DNA of 32,000 nt, taken from NCBI GenBank assembly GCA_030156395.1, contig JASGMP010000003.1:32711-64710 (forward strand). Reading direction: 5' to 3'. Each line of letters begins with the position of its first letter. The stretch's first letter is position 1. A program made the position numbers and the translations under genes. Under the pieces are notes generated by a model. The model saw nothing but the letters and a program-made list of their open reading frames with translations. It ran no database searches and had not been told where the DNA came from. Positions 23,015-31,708 of this stretch are shown piece after piece. Source of the DNA: Fidelibacterota bacterium (GTDB taxonomy: Bacteria; Fidelibacterota; Fidelibacteria; Fidelibacterales; Fidelibacteraceae).

Positions 23015-24296
23015 AAACACCTACCAAATAACACCCGCTGAACGGGTCCGTGGAAATATTTCATTACCGGGGGACAAATCCATCAGTCACCGGGCTTTGA
23101 TTTTTGCCGCTATTGCCAAAGGAAAATCTAAAATCCGCTATCTGAATACCGGAGTGGATGTCCTTTCTACTATTGCCTGCCTGCAAAAAGTGGGGGTCCA
23201 TTTCCAGCTGGGCCGATATACCGTCAATGTAAAGAGCCCGGGATTACATGGCTGGACTGGAGAGGATAAAACGGCTTTCAATTGCGGCAATTCCGGAACC
23301 ACCACCCGACTGCTGGCAGGACTTCTTCCCGGACAGTCCTTTGAATCGGTACTGTATGGTGACGAATCACTTTCCCGCAGGCCTATGGGACGGATTATTG
23401 AGCCCCTGTCGAAAATGAATGCCCTTTTTAACAGCACCGATGGCCATCTGCCATTAACCATTTTCCCTTCTAAACTCAAGGGAATCCGTTATACCCTGCC
23501 GGTGGCCAGTGCTCAGGTCAAATCCGCCATTCTGCTGGCAGGCCTACTGGCAGAAGGGAAAACCCAGATAACTGAACCGGTCCAGTGCCGTGATCACACC
23601 GAACGGATGATGAAAATGCTGGGTATTCCTATCTTCAAAAAGAAAAACACGTGGACAGTTCATACACTTAAACGACCGATTGCTGGATTTGAATATAATG
23701 TTCCTGCCGATCCTTCTTCGGCGGCATTCTGGATGGCGGCGGCTCTTATATTGCCAAAAAGCCGCATTGTTCTGAGCAATGTCAGTCTGAATCCCACGCG
23801 CATAACCTTTCTCCAACTTTTGCAAAAAGCCGGTGCAGATATCCGCTGCAGTAAAGAAACAAGAAGTCATGAACCTTATGGCGACATTGTGGTTAAAAGT
23901 TCAGAACTCCAGGGATTTTCAATTACCTCCAGGAACATTCCCGGCCTTATTGATGAAATCCCCATACTGGCTCTCATTGCCACCCAGGCAAAAGGCATCA
24001 CTCGCATCCGAGGTGCCCGGGAACTTCGGGTAAAAGAAAGCGACCGGATCGCCACAACTGTTGCCTGTTTGAAAACCCTGGGTGCCGAGATTGAAGAACA
24101 CGAGGATGGCATGACAATTTACGGCCCCACCCCCCTTCACGGCGGGACCGTCAAAGCCTATATGGATCACCGGATTGCCATGACGATGGCCATTGCCGGG
24201 TTGATTGCTTCGGATCCGGTAAATATCGAAGATTACTCCGTAGTGGATATCAGTTATCCGGATTTCTTCAGCACCCTTGAAAAAATCCGGCAGTAA
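23007..24296 (+). CDS. aroA: 3-phosphoshikimate 1-carboxyvinyltransferase (EPSP synthase), class II-type motifs
   Basis: 429 aa. Motifs LPGDKSISHRALIFAA, SAQVKSAILLAGL, RDHTE, NPTR, and the C-terminal DHRIAMTMAIAGL. Confidence 0.92.
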   Translation: MIENTYQITPAERVRGNISLPGDKSISHRALIFAAIAKGKSKIRYLNTGVDVLSTIACLQKVGVHFQLGRYTVNVKSPGLHGWTGEDKTAFNCGNSGTTTRLLAGLLPGQSFESVLYGDESLSRRPMGRIIEPLSKMNALFNSTDGHLPLTIFPSKLKGIRYTLPVASAQVKSAILLAGLLAEGKTQITEPVQCRDHTERMMKMLGIPIFKKKNTWTVHTLKRPIAGFEYNVPADPSSAAFWMAAALILPKSRIVLSNVSLNPTRITFLQLLQKAGADIRCSKETRSHEPYGDIVVKSSELQGFSITSRNIPGLIDEIPILALIATQAKGITRIRGARELRVKESDRIATTVACLKTLGAEIEEHEDGMTIYGPTPLHGGTVKAYMDHRIAMTMAIAGLIASDPVNIEDYSVVDISYPDFFSTLEKIRQ

Positions 24297-25124
24297 ATGA
24301 TGAAACTGGGAATTATCGGGCATCATATTGCCTACTCCATCAGTCCAAAACTTCACACCCTTATCGGCAGAGAATCAGGCCTGTCTTCACTCTGTTACGA
24401 ACGGCTTGATATTCCGCCATCTGACCTGGAAAAAACCCTGATCCATTTGCAACAGGAGGGATATACAGGCGTCAACATCACCATCCCCTATAAAAAAGAG
24501 GTCCTTGCCTATACCCGGCAACAGGATATCAGTGTAAAAGAATGTGGCGCGGCGAATACGCTGTTTTTTTCCCCCTCAGGAATTCAGGCCTGGAACACAG
24601 ATATGACAGGATTGGTCCGGGTTTTAAAAAGCGGTGGTTATACAACATTTAACCGCTATGTCCTGTTTGGATATGGTGGCGTAGCTCCGGCGGTTGTCAA
24701 TGCCCTGAAAGCCCACGAGATTCATGCCATCTATATTGCCGGGAGGTCTCCTGAAGCTATCCGGACATTCTGCGCCCGATTCAATCTGCTGCCTTATTCA
24801 GAAAAAGAAACTGATTCAGGATCTACCCTTTGGATCAATGCCACTCCGGCAGGATCAGTCAATCATTCGGATATTCCGGCAGGGTTTCAGGTCATACCGA
24901 AGTCAGGAGACCGTTTTCTTGATTTGAATTATGCGCCTCTTCCCACTCATTTCCAACGTTATTTCAAGAAATACGGCATAGAAACGGCAGATGGGCTCGG
25001 ACTTCTCATTGAACAGGCTCTGGACAGTCAGATCATCTGGCGAAACGATCCCAGCATTACAAAAAACATCAACCGGGAATCACTTCGCCGTGAGATCATA
25101 AAACAAATGGGGATATCAACATGA
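24297..25124 (+). CDS. aroE: Shikimate dehydrogenase
   Basis: 275 aa. Motifs LGIIGHHIAYSISPKLH, GVNITIPYKKEV, GAANTL and a GYGGVAPA Rossmann motif. It starts immediately after the aroA TAA; ATG ATG, so the start is 24297 or 24300. Confidence 0.88.
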   Translation: MMKLGIIGHHIAYSISPKLHTLIGRESGLSSLCYERLDIPPSDLEKTLIHLQQEGYTGVNITIPYKKEVLAYTRQQDISVKECGAANTLFFSPSGIQAWNTDMTGLVRVLKSGGYTTFNRYVLFGYGGVAPAVVNALKAHEIHAIYIAGRSPEAIRTFCARFNLLPYSEKETDSGSTLWINATPAGSVNHSDIPAGFQVIPKSGDRFLDLNYAPLPTHFQRYFKKYGIETADGLGLLIEQALDSQIIWRNDPSITKNINRESLRREIIKQMGIST

Positions 25125-26260
25125 AACGAATCCAATATATTACTGCCGGTGAAAGTCACGGACCAGCCCTTAGCGTGATCATCCATGGACTACCGGCAGG
25201 ATTTCGGCTGAATGTAGATGAAATCAATCATCAGCTAAGCCGCCGTCAAAAAGGTTACGGACGAGGTGGCCGGATGGCAATTGAAAAAGATCAGGTAGAA
25301 ATCCTTTCCGGTCTGAGAAACAGCATCACCCTGGGGAGTCCCCTCTCCTGTATCATCCGAAACCGTGATTTTGAAAACTGGAAAAAAGTTATGGATCCGG
25401 TTCAAGCGGATGTATCGGAAAAAATTTCCATTCCCCGCCCTGGTCATGCGGATTACGCAGGCATGCTGAAGTATAAAACCGACGACCTTCGGAATATTCT
25501 GGAACGGGCCAGTGCCCGGGAAACCGCAGTCCGGACTGTTACCGGAGCCGTATGCCGCCAGTTCCTGGAAAATGTCGGAATCTCCCTTCATTCCATCGTC
25601 ACGCGGATCGGTCCCGCCGGCATGGATCCGGAGGACTTACCTCCTATCACTGAATGGAATCGGGCAGAAAACTCTCCGGTGCGCTGCCCGGATCCAAAAA
25701 CGGAAAAAAGAATGATGGAAGTTATTGATACAGCCCGGAAAGAGGGAGATTCTCTGGGGGGTTTGTTCCGAATTGCCGTTCAAAATCTGCCAGTCGGGCT
25801 GGGAAGCCATACTCAATGGAATGAGCGACTGACATCCATGATTGCCGCCCAGATCCTGGGGATTCCCGCCATTCGCGGGATCGAATTCGGCCTGGGTTTT
25901 AAAACTGCTGAAATCCCCGGAAGCCGTGTTCATGATCCCTTTGAAATAAAAGATGGAAAAATAAGCCGGAGTACCAACCACAGCGGGGGTATTGAAGGCG
26001 GCATGAGCAACGGGAGTGACCTGATTTTTTCCGCTGTGATGAAACCCATTCCCACCCTTGCCAAGCCACTGGCCAGTGTGGATTTGAAAACGGGAAAACA
26101 AACCTCTGCACATAAAGAAAGGACAGACAGTTGTGCTGTTCCCGCAGCCTCTGTAGTAGCTGAAAATGTCACAGCCATTCCACTCCTTGATGCTTTTCTC
26201 ATGAAATTCGGCGGGGACAGCTGGGATGAAACACTGAAGCACCGGGATGCATCCCAATGA
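25121..26260 (+). CDS. aroC: Chorismate synthase
   Basis: 379 aa. Motifs ITAGESHGPAL, LSRRQKGYGRGGRM, RPGHADYAG, ERASARETA, GGIEGGMSNG. ATGA overlap with aroE. Confidence 0.92.
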   Translation: MKRIQYITAGESHGPALSVIIHGLPAGFRLNVDEINHQLSRRQKGYGRGGRMAIEKDQVEILSGLRNSITLGSPLSCIIRNRDFENWKKVMDPVQADVSEKISIPRPGHADYAGMLKYKTDDLRNILERASARETAVRTVTGAVCRQFLENVGISLHSIVTRIGPAGMDPEDLPPITEWNRAENSPVRCPDPKTEKRMMEVIDTARKEGDSLGGLFRIAVQNLPVGLGSHTQWNERLTSMIAAQILGIPAIRGIEFGLGFKTAEIPGSRVHDPFEIKDGKISRSTNHSGGIEGGMSNGSDLIFSAVMKPIPTLAKPLASVDLKTGKQTSAHKERTDSCAVPAASVVAENVTAIPLLDAFLMKFGGDSWDETLKHRDASQ

Positions 26261-26769
26261 TCATCTTTCTGACAGGTATGATGGGAACCGGGAAAACCAA
26301 AGCAGGTCAGGTTTTGGCAGATACCCTCAAATGCCCCTTTGTAGATCTGGATCTTTACCTGGAAAAAAAAACCGGAAAAAGCATTTCTGACATCTTCCGG
26401 ACGGAAGGTGAAGCTGCTTTCCGGAAACTGGAAAGGGAGATCAAACAAGATCCTTTTCTTAATACGACGGATATGGTGATCGCCACGGGCGGTGGTTTCC
26501 CCCTGGATGAGGGGAACCGGGAATGGATGCAATCTACAGGAGTGGTCATTTGGCTGCAGGCTGAACCCCGGACGATCCTGAAGCGTGTTCAAACAAGTGA
26601 CAACAGGCCTCTGCTGCCACGGCCTCTCCGGCTTGATCACATTCAGGAAATCCTGGAAAAACGGACTTTTGTTTATAAACAAGCGAATTATTATATTCAA
26701 ACTGACGGAAAAAGCATCCAGGACATTGTCCGTGAAATCCTTGAAAAAGTAGAAAAGAACCATGCATAA
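26257..26769 (+). CDS. aroK: Shikimate kinase
   Basis: 170 aa. P-loop IFLTGMMGTGKTKAG, then FVDLDLYLEKKTGKSISDIF...GEAAFRKLE and ATGGG. ATGA overlap with aroC. Confidence 0.9.
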   Translation: MIIFLTGMMGTGKTKAGQVLADTLKCPFVDLDLYLEKKTGKSISDIFRTEGEAAFRKLEREIKQDPFLNTTDMVIATGGGFPLDEGNREWMQSTGVVIWLQAEPRTILKRVQTSDNRPLLPRPLRLDHIQEILEKRTFVYKQANYYIQTDGKSIQDIVREILEKVEKNHA

Positions 26770-27871
26770 AATACGAGTAGATCTTCACGAACGCAGTTAC
26801 CCCATCTATGTAAAGAACGAGAGTCTTCCCACGGTGGGAAACATTTTGAAACAATTGAATATTAACCCACAGGTAGTATTGGTATCCAGTCAGAATGTCT
26901 CGGCCCTTTATAAGGATGTTGTGGAAAAATCATTGAAAGAAGAGGGCTTTCAGGTTCATTATATTCTCATGCCCAGCGGGGAAGCCAACAAGAACCTGAA
27001 AACAGTACAGTATTTGTATGATACCATGCTGGATTTGAAGATAGACCGGGGATCCACCGTCATTGCCCTGGGAGGCGGCGTGGTAGGGGATACCGCCGGT
27101 TTTCTGGCCGCCACCATGTACCGGGGCATGAATCTGGTACAGATTCCCACGACCCTTTTAGCTCAGGTGGATTCTTCCATCGGCGGGAAAGTGGGCATCA
27201 ATCATGCCCGGGGAAAAAACCTGATCGGTGCCATCTATCAGCCGAAAATTGTAATCGTTGATCCAACGGTCCTTAAAACCCTGGAGTTCCGCCAGCGGGT
27301 TTCCGGCTTTGGAGAGGTGATTAAATATGGATTTATCCGGGATCGTATTTTTACCCAGTTTCTCCTGGAAAATTTTTCCGATATCCTGACTCTGAAAAAC
27401 CTGGATCATGTGAATGCCGCCATTATCCGGGCTATTGAGATCAAATCCTTCATTGTATCGGCGGATGAATATGAAAGCAATTTGCGCATGGTATTGAATT
27501 TTGGTCATACCGTTGGTCATGCGGTGGAACATACAGCCGGTTACGGAACCTACACCCATGGCGAGGCGGTAATTATCGGCATGTGCGCCGCTTTAAAACT
27601 CAGTACCGACATGGGGCTTCTTCCCGGGGAAATCGCTCAGCAATATATCCAGCACTTAAGACATATTCCCATTCCAGGATCCCTGAAAAAATACGATATT
27701 GACCGGATGTACGAAGCCATGACGCACGACAAAAAAGTACGAAACGGTAAAATCCAGTTTGTTCTTCTTCAGAAAATCGGTGACGCCGTGATCCGGGATG
27801 ATGTTCCCAAATCTATGATTTATGAAACCCTTGAATGGGTAAAGGACCTTCAGTTTGTCAGCCATATCTGA
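26762..27871 (+). CDS. aroB: 3-dehydroquinate synthase
   Basis: 369 aa. Motifs LGGGVVGDTAGFLAATMYRGMNLVQIPTTLLAQVDSSIGGKVGIN, NFGHTVGHAVE, HGEAV. 8-nt overlap with aroK. Confidence 0.92.
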   Translation: MHKIRVDLHERSYPIYVKNESLPTVGNILKQLNINPQVVLVSSQNVSALYKDVVEKSLKEEGFQVHYILMPSGEANKNLKTVQYLYDTMLDLKIDRGSTVIALGGGVVGDTAGFLAATMYRGMNLVQIPTTLLAQVDSSIGGKVGINHARGKNLIGAIYQPKIVIVDPTVLKTLEFRQRVSGFGEVIKYGFIRDRIFTQFLLENFSDILTLKNLDHVNAAIIRAIEIKSFIVSADEYESNLRMVLNFGHTVGHAVEHTAGYGTYTHGEAVIIGMCAALKLSTDMGLLPGEIAQQYIQHLRHIPIPGSLKKYDIDRMYEAMTHDKKVRNGKIQFVLLQKIGDAVIRDDVPKSMIYETLEWVKDLQFVSHI

Positions 27872-28322
27872 AAAAAAGCTCAAAATCCTTGTGCTTCATG
27901 GCCCTAATTTGAACCTTCTGGGGCACCGGGATCCCAAACACTATGGCCGTTTGACACTGGACAAGCTGAACACGCTCATCCGAAAAAAAGCCCGGGAGCT
28001 GGATGTAGATGTAAAGTTTTATCAGACCAATTACGAAGGGGACCTGGTAACTCTTTTGCAACGGCAGCGGAAATATGTAGATGGTATCCTGATAAATCCA
28101 GCTGCTTATACCCATACCAGCATTGCCATCCGGGATGCCATTGAGCTGATAAAAATCCCAGTTGTAGAAATTCATTTGTCCGATATTCAATCACGTGAAC
28201 CCTTTCGCCGGGAATCCATGATCCGGGATGTGTGCCTGGCTACATTTTCCGGGAAAAAAGAGCAAAGTTACCTGGAAGGCCTGGAATTTCTTGTGGGACG
28301 GCTGAAATCTCCAGGTTTGTAA
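27855..28322 (+). CDS. aroQ: Type II 3-dehydroquinate dehydratase
   Basis: 155 aa. Motifs ILVLHGPNLNLLGHRDPKHYG, INPAAYTHTSIAIRDA, EIHLSDIQSREPFRR. 17-nt overlap with aroB. Confidence 0.9.
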   Translation: MSAISEKKLKILVLHGPNLNLLGHRDPKHYGRLTLDKLNTLIRKKARELDVDVKFYQTNYEGDLVTLLQRQRKYVDGILINPAAYTHTSIAIRDAIELIKIPVVEIHLSDIQSREPFRRESMIRDVCLATFSGKKEQSYLEGLEFLVGRLKSPGL

Positions 28323-28393
28323 CTTTTTTTCTTTTAACCGCCTAAAAACAAACGTGATGTTTAAAAGGTTAAAAGAAAAACAGGAGACACAAA

Positions 28394-28882
28394 ATGAAAA
28401 AAAACTGGTTTGTGATTCCCATACTGATCCTGGCTATGATGTTGACGGGATGTGACAAGAACAAAGAAAATCTAAAAGATGCACCAGATTTTACACTCCG
28501 TAACGGATATGGAGAAACCTTCACCTTATCTGATCAAAAGGGAAAGATGGTGATAATAAACTTCTGGGCAACCTGGTGTCCACCCTGTCAACGGGAAATT
28601 CCCGATTTTATCGATTTATATCAAAAGTACAAAGAAGACGGTCTTATGATTGTTGGGGTTTCGGTTGATCAGACCGGTTGGGATGTCGTGGATAAATATA
28701 TTCAGAACATGGGGATTCAATATCCCGTCATGATGTTCACACCGGATGTGATTCGGAATTATGATAATTTTCAAAGTATTCCCACAACCTTCATCATCGA
28801 TAAAAAGGGCCGGATCGTAAATAAAATAACCGGCTATCGTCCCCGGACCTTCTGGGAGGAAGAAATCAAAAAAATCCTGTAA
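28394..28882 (+). CDS. TlpA/ResA-like thiol-disulfide oxidoreductase lipoprotein (thioredoxin fold)
   Basis: 162 aa with an AGGAG RBS. Lipobox MMLTGC and active site WATWCPPCQREIP. Confidence 0.85.
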   Translation: MKKNWFVIPILILAMMLTGCDKNKENLKDAPDFTLRNGYGETFTLSDQKGKMVIINFWATWCPPCQREIPDFIDLYQKYKEDGLMIVGVSVDQTGWDVVDKYIQNMGIQYPVMMFTPDVIRNYDNFQSIPTTFIIDKKGRIVNKITGYRPRTFWEEEIKKIL

Positions 28883-28899
28883 CCCTGTGATAAGGAAAC

Positions 28900-29580
28900 A
28901 TGGACAAGGATCCGAAGAATGATCTTAAAATATCCGCCTCATTGGTTTGGAGTCCGATAGGATTCTATCAGCAGATCTTTTTGTGGCTCATTGCGGCCAC
29001 CATTCCGGCGATTGTTTTTCTTTTCTATTCCATAAATCCCATCAAATACCAATCTTTATACAGATGGTTAACCCGTGTAGGGGGATTATTTGCACTGGAA
29101 AATCTTGTCCTAGATCTTATCCTGGGTCTTTTGGTAGGAACGCTTTTATCCTTCCTTTTCCTTTTGCTGGAATGGCTTATCAGCCACATCAAGGGTGAAT
29201 CCCCGACTGAGCGCCTTTCCCGGCAGGACGAGCTTATCCCCCAAACCCCCGTTCAGCGCCGCTGGGCTTTTGCCATTAACCTGAGTGCCTCTTTGGTGGA
29301 AGAGATTCTTTTTCGGGCCTACCTTTTTATGGCACTGATAACTCTGTGGAATCACTGGCTTTGGGCAGCTCTGCTCCTGTCTGCTATCTTTGCCTTTGTC
29401 CACACAAATATGCAGCAGATGAGTGCCACCGTATGGATTTTTATCACCAGCCTGATCCTCTCGTATTTTACCGTCACCCGGCAAAGTCTTATCATGCCCT
29501 GGGGAATCCACCTGAGCGTAAACCTGATGAATCTCTTCATTTTTCCCAAAGCTGCAAAGGTCTTTTTCCATGAGAGTTAG
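28900..29580 (+). CDS. CPBP family intramembrane glutamic endopeptidase (CAAX protease-like)
   Basis: 226-aa polytopic membrane protein. Motif 1 EEILFRAYLF, motif 2 FAFVHTN, motif 3 GIHLSVNLMN. Confidence 0.8.
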   Translation: MDKDPKNDLKISASLVWSPIGFYQQIFLWLIAATIPAIVFLFYSINPIKYQSLYRWLTRVGGLFALENLVLDLILGLLVGTLLSFLFLLLEWLISHIKGESPTERLSRQDELIPQTPVQRRWAFAINLSASLVEEILFRAYLFMALITLWNHWLWAALLLSAIFAFVHTNMQQMSATVWIFITSLILSYFTVTRQSLIMPWGIHLSVNLMNLFIFPKAAKVFFHES

Positions 29581-30004
29581 TCCTATACAACGGGTTTCTG
29601 CAATCCTGATCCTCATTGCCGTCATAATCTGGTTCTTCAATACAACCCTGATCCGGAACCTGCCGGAAGCCCCTCTTATCCTGTCCGGAGAATGGATTAT
29701 TCTGTCGGAGGATCCTGAAGCCGATGCTTATTTTTTCGAGGAAGTTCTTCACATGAAAAAAGTTGAGCCCGTGATCACAAAAGGCAAGATCTCTTATGTT
29801 TTCGATAAAGGATTCATTATAAGGGATGGAATCGCCGGCACCGATACCCTTGTCATGCATGTGAGTGATATAAATCGGGCCTGGGATGAAATCCTGGCTT
29901 CGCCGGTACGGATCATCGCCGCTCCAGAAGAGAGCTCCGGTGAAGGTCAAAAAGCTCTGTTTATCCTCCCCGGTGGTCAAATTACAGTCCTGGTGGAACG
30001 ATGA
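29570..30004 (+). CDS. Membrane-anchored hypothetical protein, possible glyoxalase/VOC-like fold
   Basis: 144 aa with an 11-nt overlap to the CPBP gene. It has an N-terminal TM (VSAILILIAVIIWFF) and a beta-alpha-beta-like C-terminal part (LVMHVSDINRAWDEIL...ALFILPGGQITVLVE). The fold call is a guess. Confidence 0.3.
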   Translation: MRVSPIQRVSAILILIAVIIWFFNTTLIRNLPEAPLILSGEWIILSEDPEADAYFFEEVLHMKKVEPVITKGKISYVFDKGFIIRDGIAGTDTLVMHVSDINRAWDEILASPVRIIAAPEESSGEGQKALFILPGGQITVLVER

Positions 30005-30744
30005 AAACCAACTTGAACATGATTGTATCCCTCTTCATAGTCCTTTTCTTGCTTCCGGACAAACTTTTTCCCCAACGTATCTATGCCTTTGAACAATTCC
30101 TGGAAAATGTCCGGATAAAACGGGAAAAGGACTTTCAATCCCTGGGTTGTTACATGTTTGCTTTTCATCGGGAACATATTATTCGTGAAGATTCCCTGAG
30201 CACCCGCATGATCCTCAGGGGACGAGAATACCATCATAAAAATCTGCCTATTGTTCGGGTGTATGAGACACTCCGCATCAACGGGGTCCCGGTTGATACG
30301 TTACTGAAACCGGATACACTTCTGGCACAAGAAAACAAACCCGAATTTTATGATGAAAATTTTCATCAATACTACATGATCCGGGATTTGGGAAAAACCT
30401 CTTTGAACAACACGGAAATGCGTCTTTTGGAATTTATTCCCAGGGGTGAAACTTCCGGACTCATGAAGGGCAAGGTTTGGATAGATCCCAAAACATACGG
30501 AATCATCAAAATGGTCCTTGAACCCCATCCTCTTCCAGTAGGCTTTACAAAAATGGAGATCGAAATCTTCAATACTTACGATGATAAAGGACGGATCATC
30601 CGCTTTGGCATGCAATCCCTAAGCCATATCATCACCGTTGATAAACAGATGGAAATCCGGATAAGGGAACGCTACAGTCACTATGAAAGATACCCTGATT
30701 CATTATGCGATTCATTAAATACACATTACTCATCACAGCCATAA
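30001..30744 (+). CDS. Exported protein, possible LolA-like / outer-membrane lipoprotein-sorting fold
   Basis: 247 aa with an ATGA overlap and a signal-like N-terminus (MIVSLFIVLFLLP). The segment MKGKVWIDPKTYGIIKMV resembles LolA-like family proteins. Weak call. Confidence 0.35.
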   Translation: MKTNLNMIVSLFIVLFLLPDKLFPQRIYAFEQFLENVRIKREKDFQSLGCYMFAFHREHIIREDSLSTRMILRGREYHHKNLPIVRVYETLRINGVPVDTLLKPDTLLAQENKPEFYDENFHQYYMIRDLGKTSLNNTEMRLLEFIPRGETSGLMKGKVWIDPKTYGIIKMVLEPHPLPVGFTKMEIEIFNTYDDKGRIIRFGMQSLSHIITVDKQMEIRIRERYSHYERYPDSLCDSLNTHYSSQP

Positions 30745-31571
30745 TAACCCCCCTGACCGCATCAGACCTCAACCGAAGCGAACTGGTGATTGAGGATCAT
30801 CATTTTTATTTTTACTATAATCTATCCAATATGGGTCTGGGTTATCAAACAACACCCCGTTTTGCCGAACTTATGCAGCTGGAGATCAGGGGCTATCCCA
30901 AAACGCTGGCCGGATCCCTCGCTTACCGTATTGACCCGGAGTTGTATGATGCAGGTGTCTTCAATTACTGGAATTTCTGGAATATTTACGCCAATTCACA
31001 ACGCCCTTATCATTTGCGTCTTTTTTACGGGGAAATCCGCCGGCAACAGGATAAAGGATATAATGTCCGGGGAGCGTTTTTTTCATTTAGTCATCTTCTA
31101 AGCATTGGAAAAGATATTATTCCTTATTCCAGCATGGAAGTCGGATTTGAAAACAAACACATCGAATATTTTTCGGATCTTGCGCAGGAAATATTCACCC
31201 GGCGGTTCTCACTGCTTTTCATCGGCAGAGATTTGGATGATCAAATTATTAAATTTACTTTCAACAGGAAGGGGGTCTCATCGGAAAAGATACCTCAGAT
31301 TCAGCTCCCCAATACTCTGGTTCGATTTTCCACCAACTGGAGTCTTCAAACACCTTACGACCGCCGGGCGGAGCTGCTTTTCGGGCGGGCCTACCAAATA
31401 CATGTCCGCTCGTTTCGTTTTTACGTGACACCTTATCTGGGTGCCAGACTGTATTTACCTGTCACCATCAATTTGGATAACACCTTCATTATTGACACAT
31501 ATCCCCTGAGCCTTATACCTGTTTTTCAGCTCGAGTGTTATTTCCCAGATAAAATTCTGGTCACTGACTAA
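30705..31571 (+). CDS. Exported aromatic-rich beta protein, unknown function
   Basis: 288 aa with signal peptide MRFIKYTLLITAIITPLTAS and a 40-nt overlap with the upstream gene. Alternating aromatic strand pattern; no motif recognised. Confidence 0.4.
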   Translation: MRFIKYTLLITAIITPLTASDLNRSELVIEDHHFYFYYNLSNMGLGYQTTPRFAELMQLEIRGYPKTLAGSLAYRIDPELYDAGVFNYWNFWNIYANSQRPYHLRLFYGEIRRQQDKGYNVRGAFFSFSHLLSIGKDIIPYSSMEVGFENKHIEYFSDLAQEIFTRRFSLLFIGRDLDDQIIKFTFNRKGVSSEKIPQIQLPNTLVRFSTNWSLQTPYDRRAELLFGRAYQIHVRSFRFYVTPYLGARLYLPVTINLDNTFIIDTYPLSLIPVFQLECYFPDKILVTD

Positions 31572-31589
31572 TTTTTTAAGCTGATTTGA

Positions 31590-31618
31590 TTGAAACTTAG
31601 CAGGCTTTTGGATATATT
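31590..31618 (+). promoter_or_regulatory. Sigma70-type promoter candidate for the citD-like gene
   Basis: TTGAAA (31590-31595), a 17-nt spacer, then TATATT (31613-31618), about 90 nt upstream of the TTG start. CAGGAG RBS at 31695-31700. Confidence 0.45.
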
Positions 31619-31708
31619 CTTTCACAAACTTAACGAGCTTTGAAAACGCTCCTCATTTCTGATTGGAATGGCTCTATAAGCCTATTATGATAAACAGGAG
31701 AAAAACCA

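Noticed and set aside
28331-28375. Inverted repeat CTTTTAACC ... GGTTAAAAG after aroQ, considered as the supraoperon terminator.
   Set aside because: The 9-bp AT-rich stem encloses a 27-nt loop with only a partial inner stem (AAACA/TGTTT). No T-tract follows on the plus strand; the T-run lies upstream of the stem. I cannot support it as an intrinsic terminator, though it may still be a weak structure or a protein-binding site.
30705-30744. 40-nt overlap between 30001-30744 and 30705-31571, considered as a frameshifted or fused pseudogene.
   Set aside because: Both ORFs are full length with their own signal-like N-termini, and the downstream ATG is the first in its frame. Nothing indicates a disrupted single gene.
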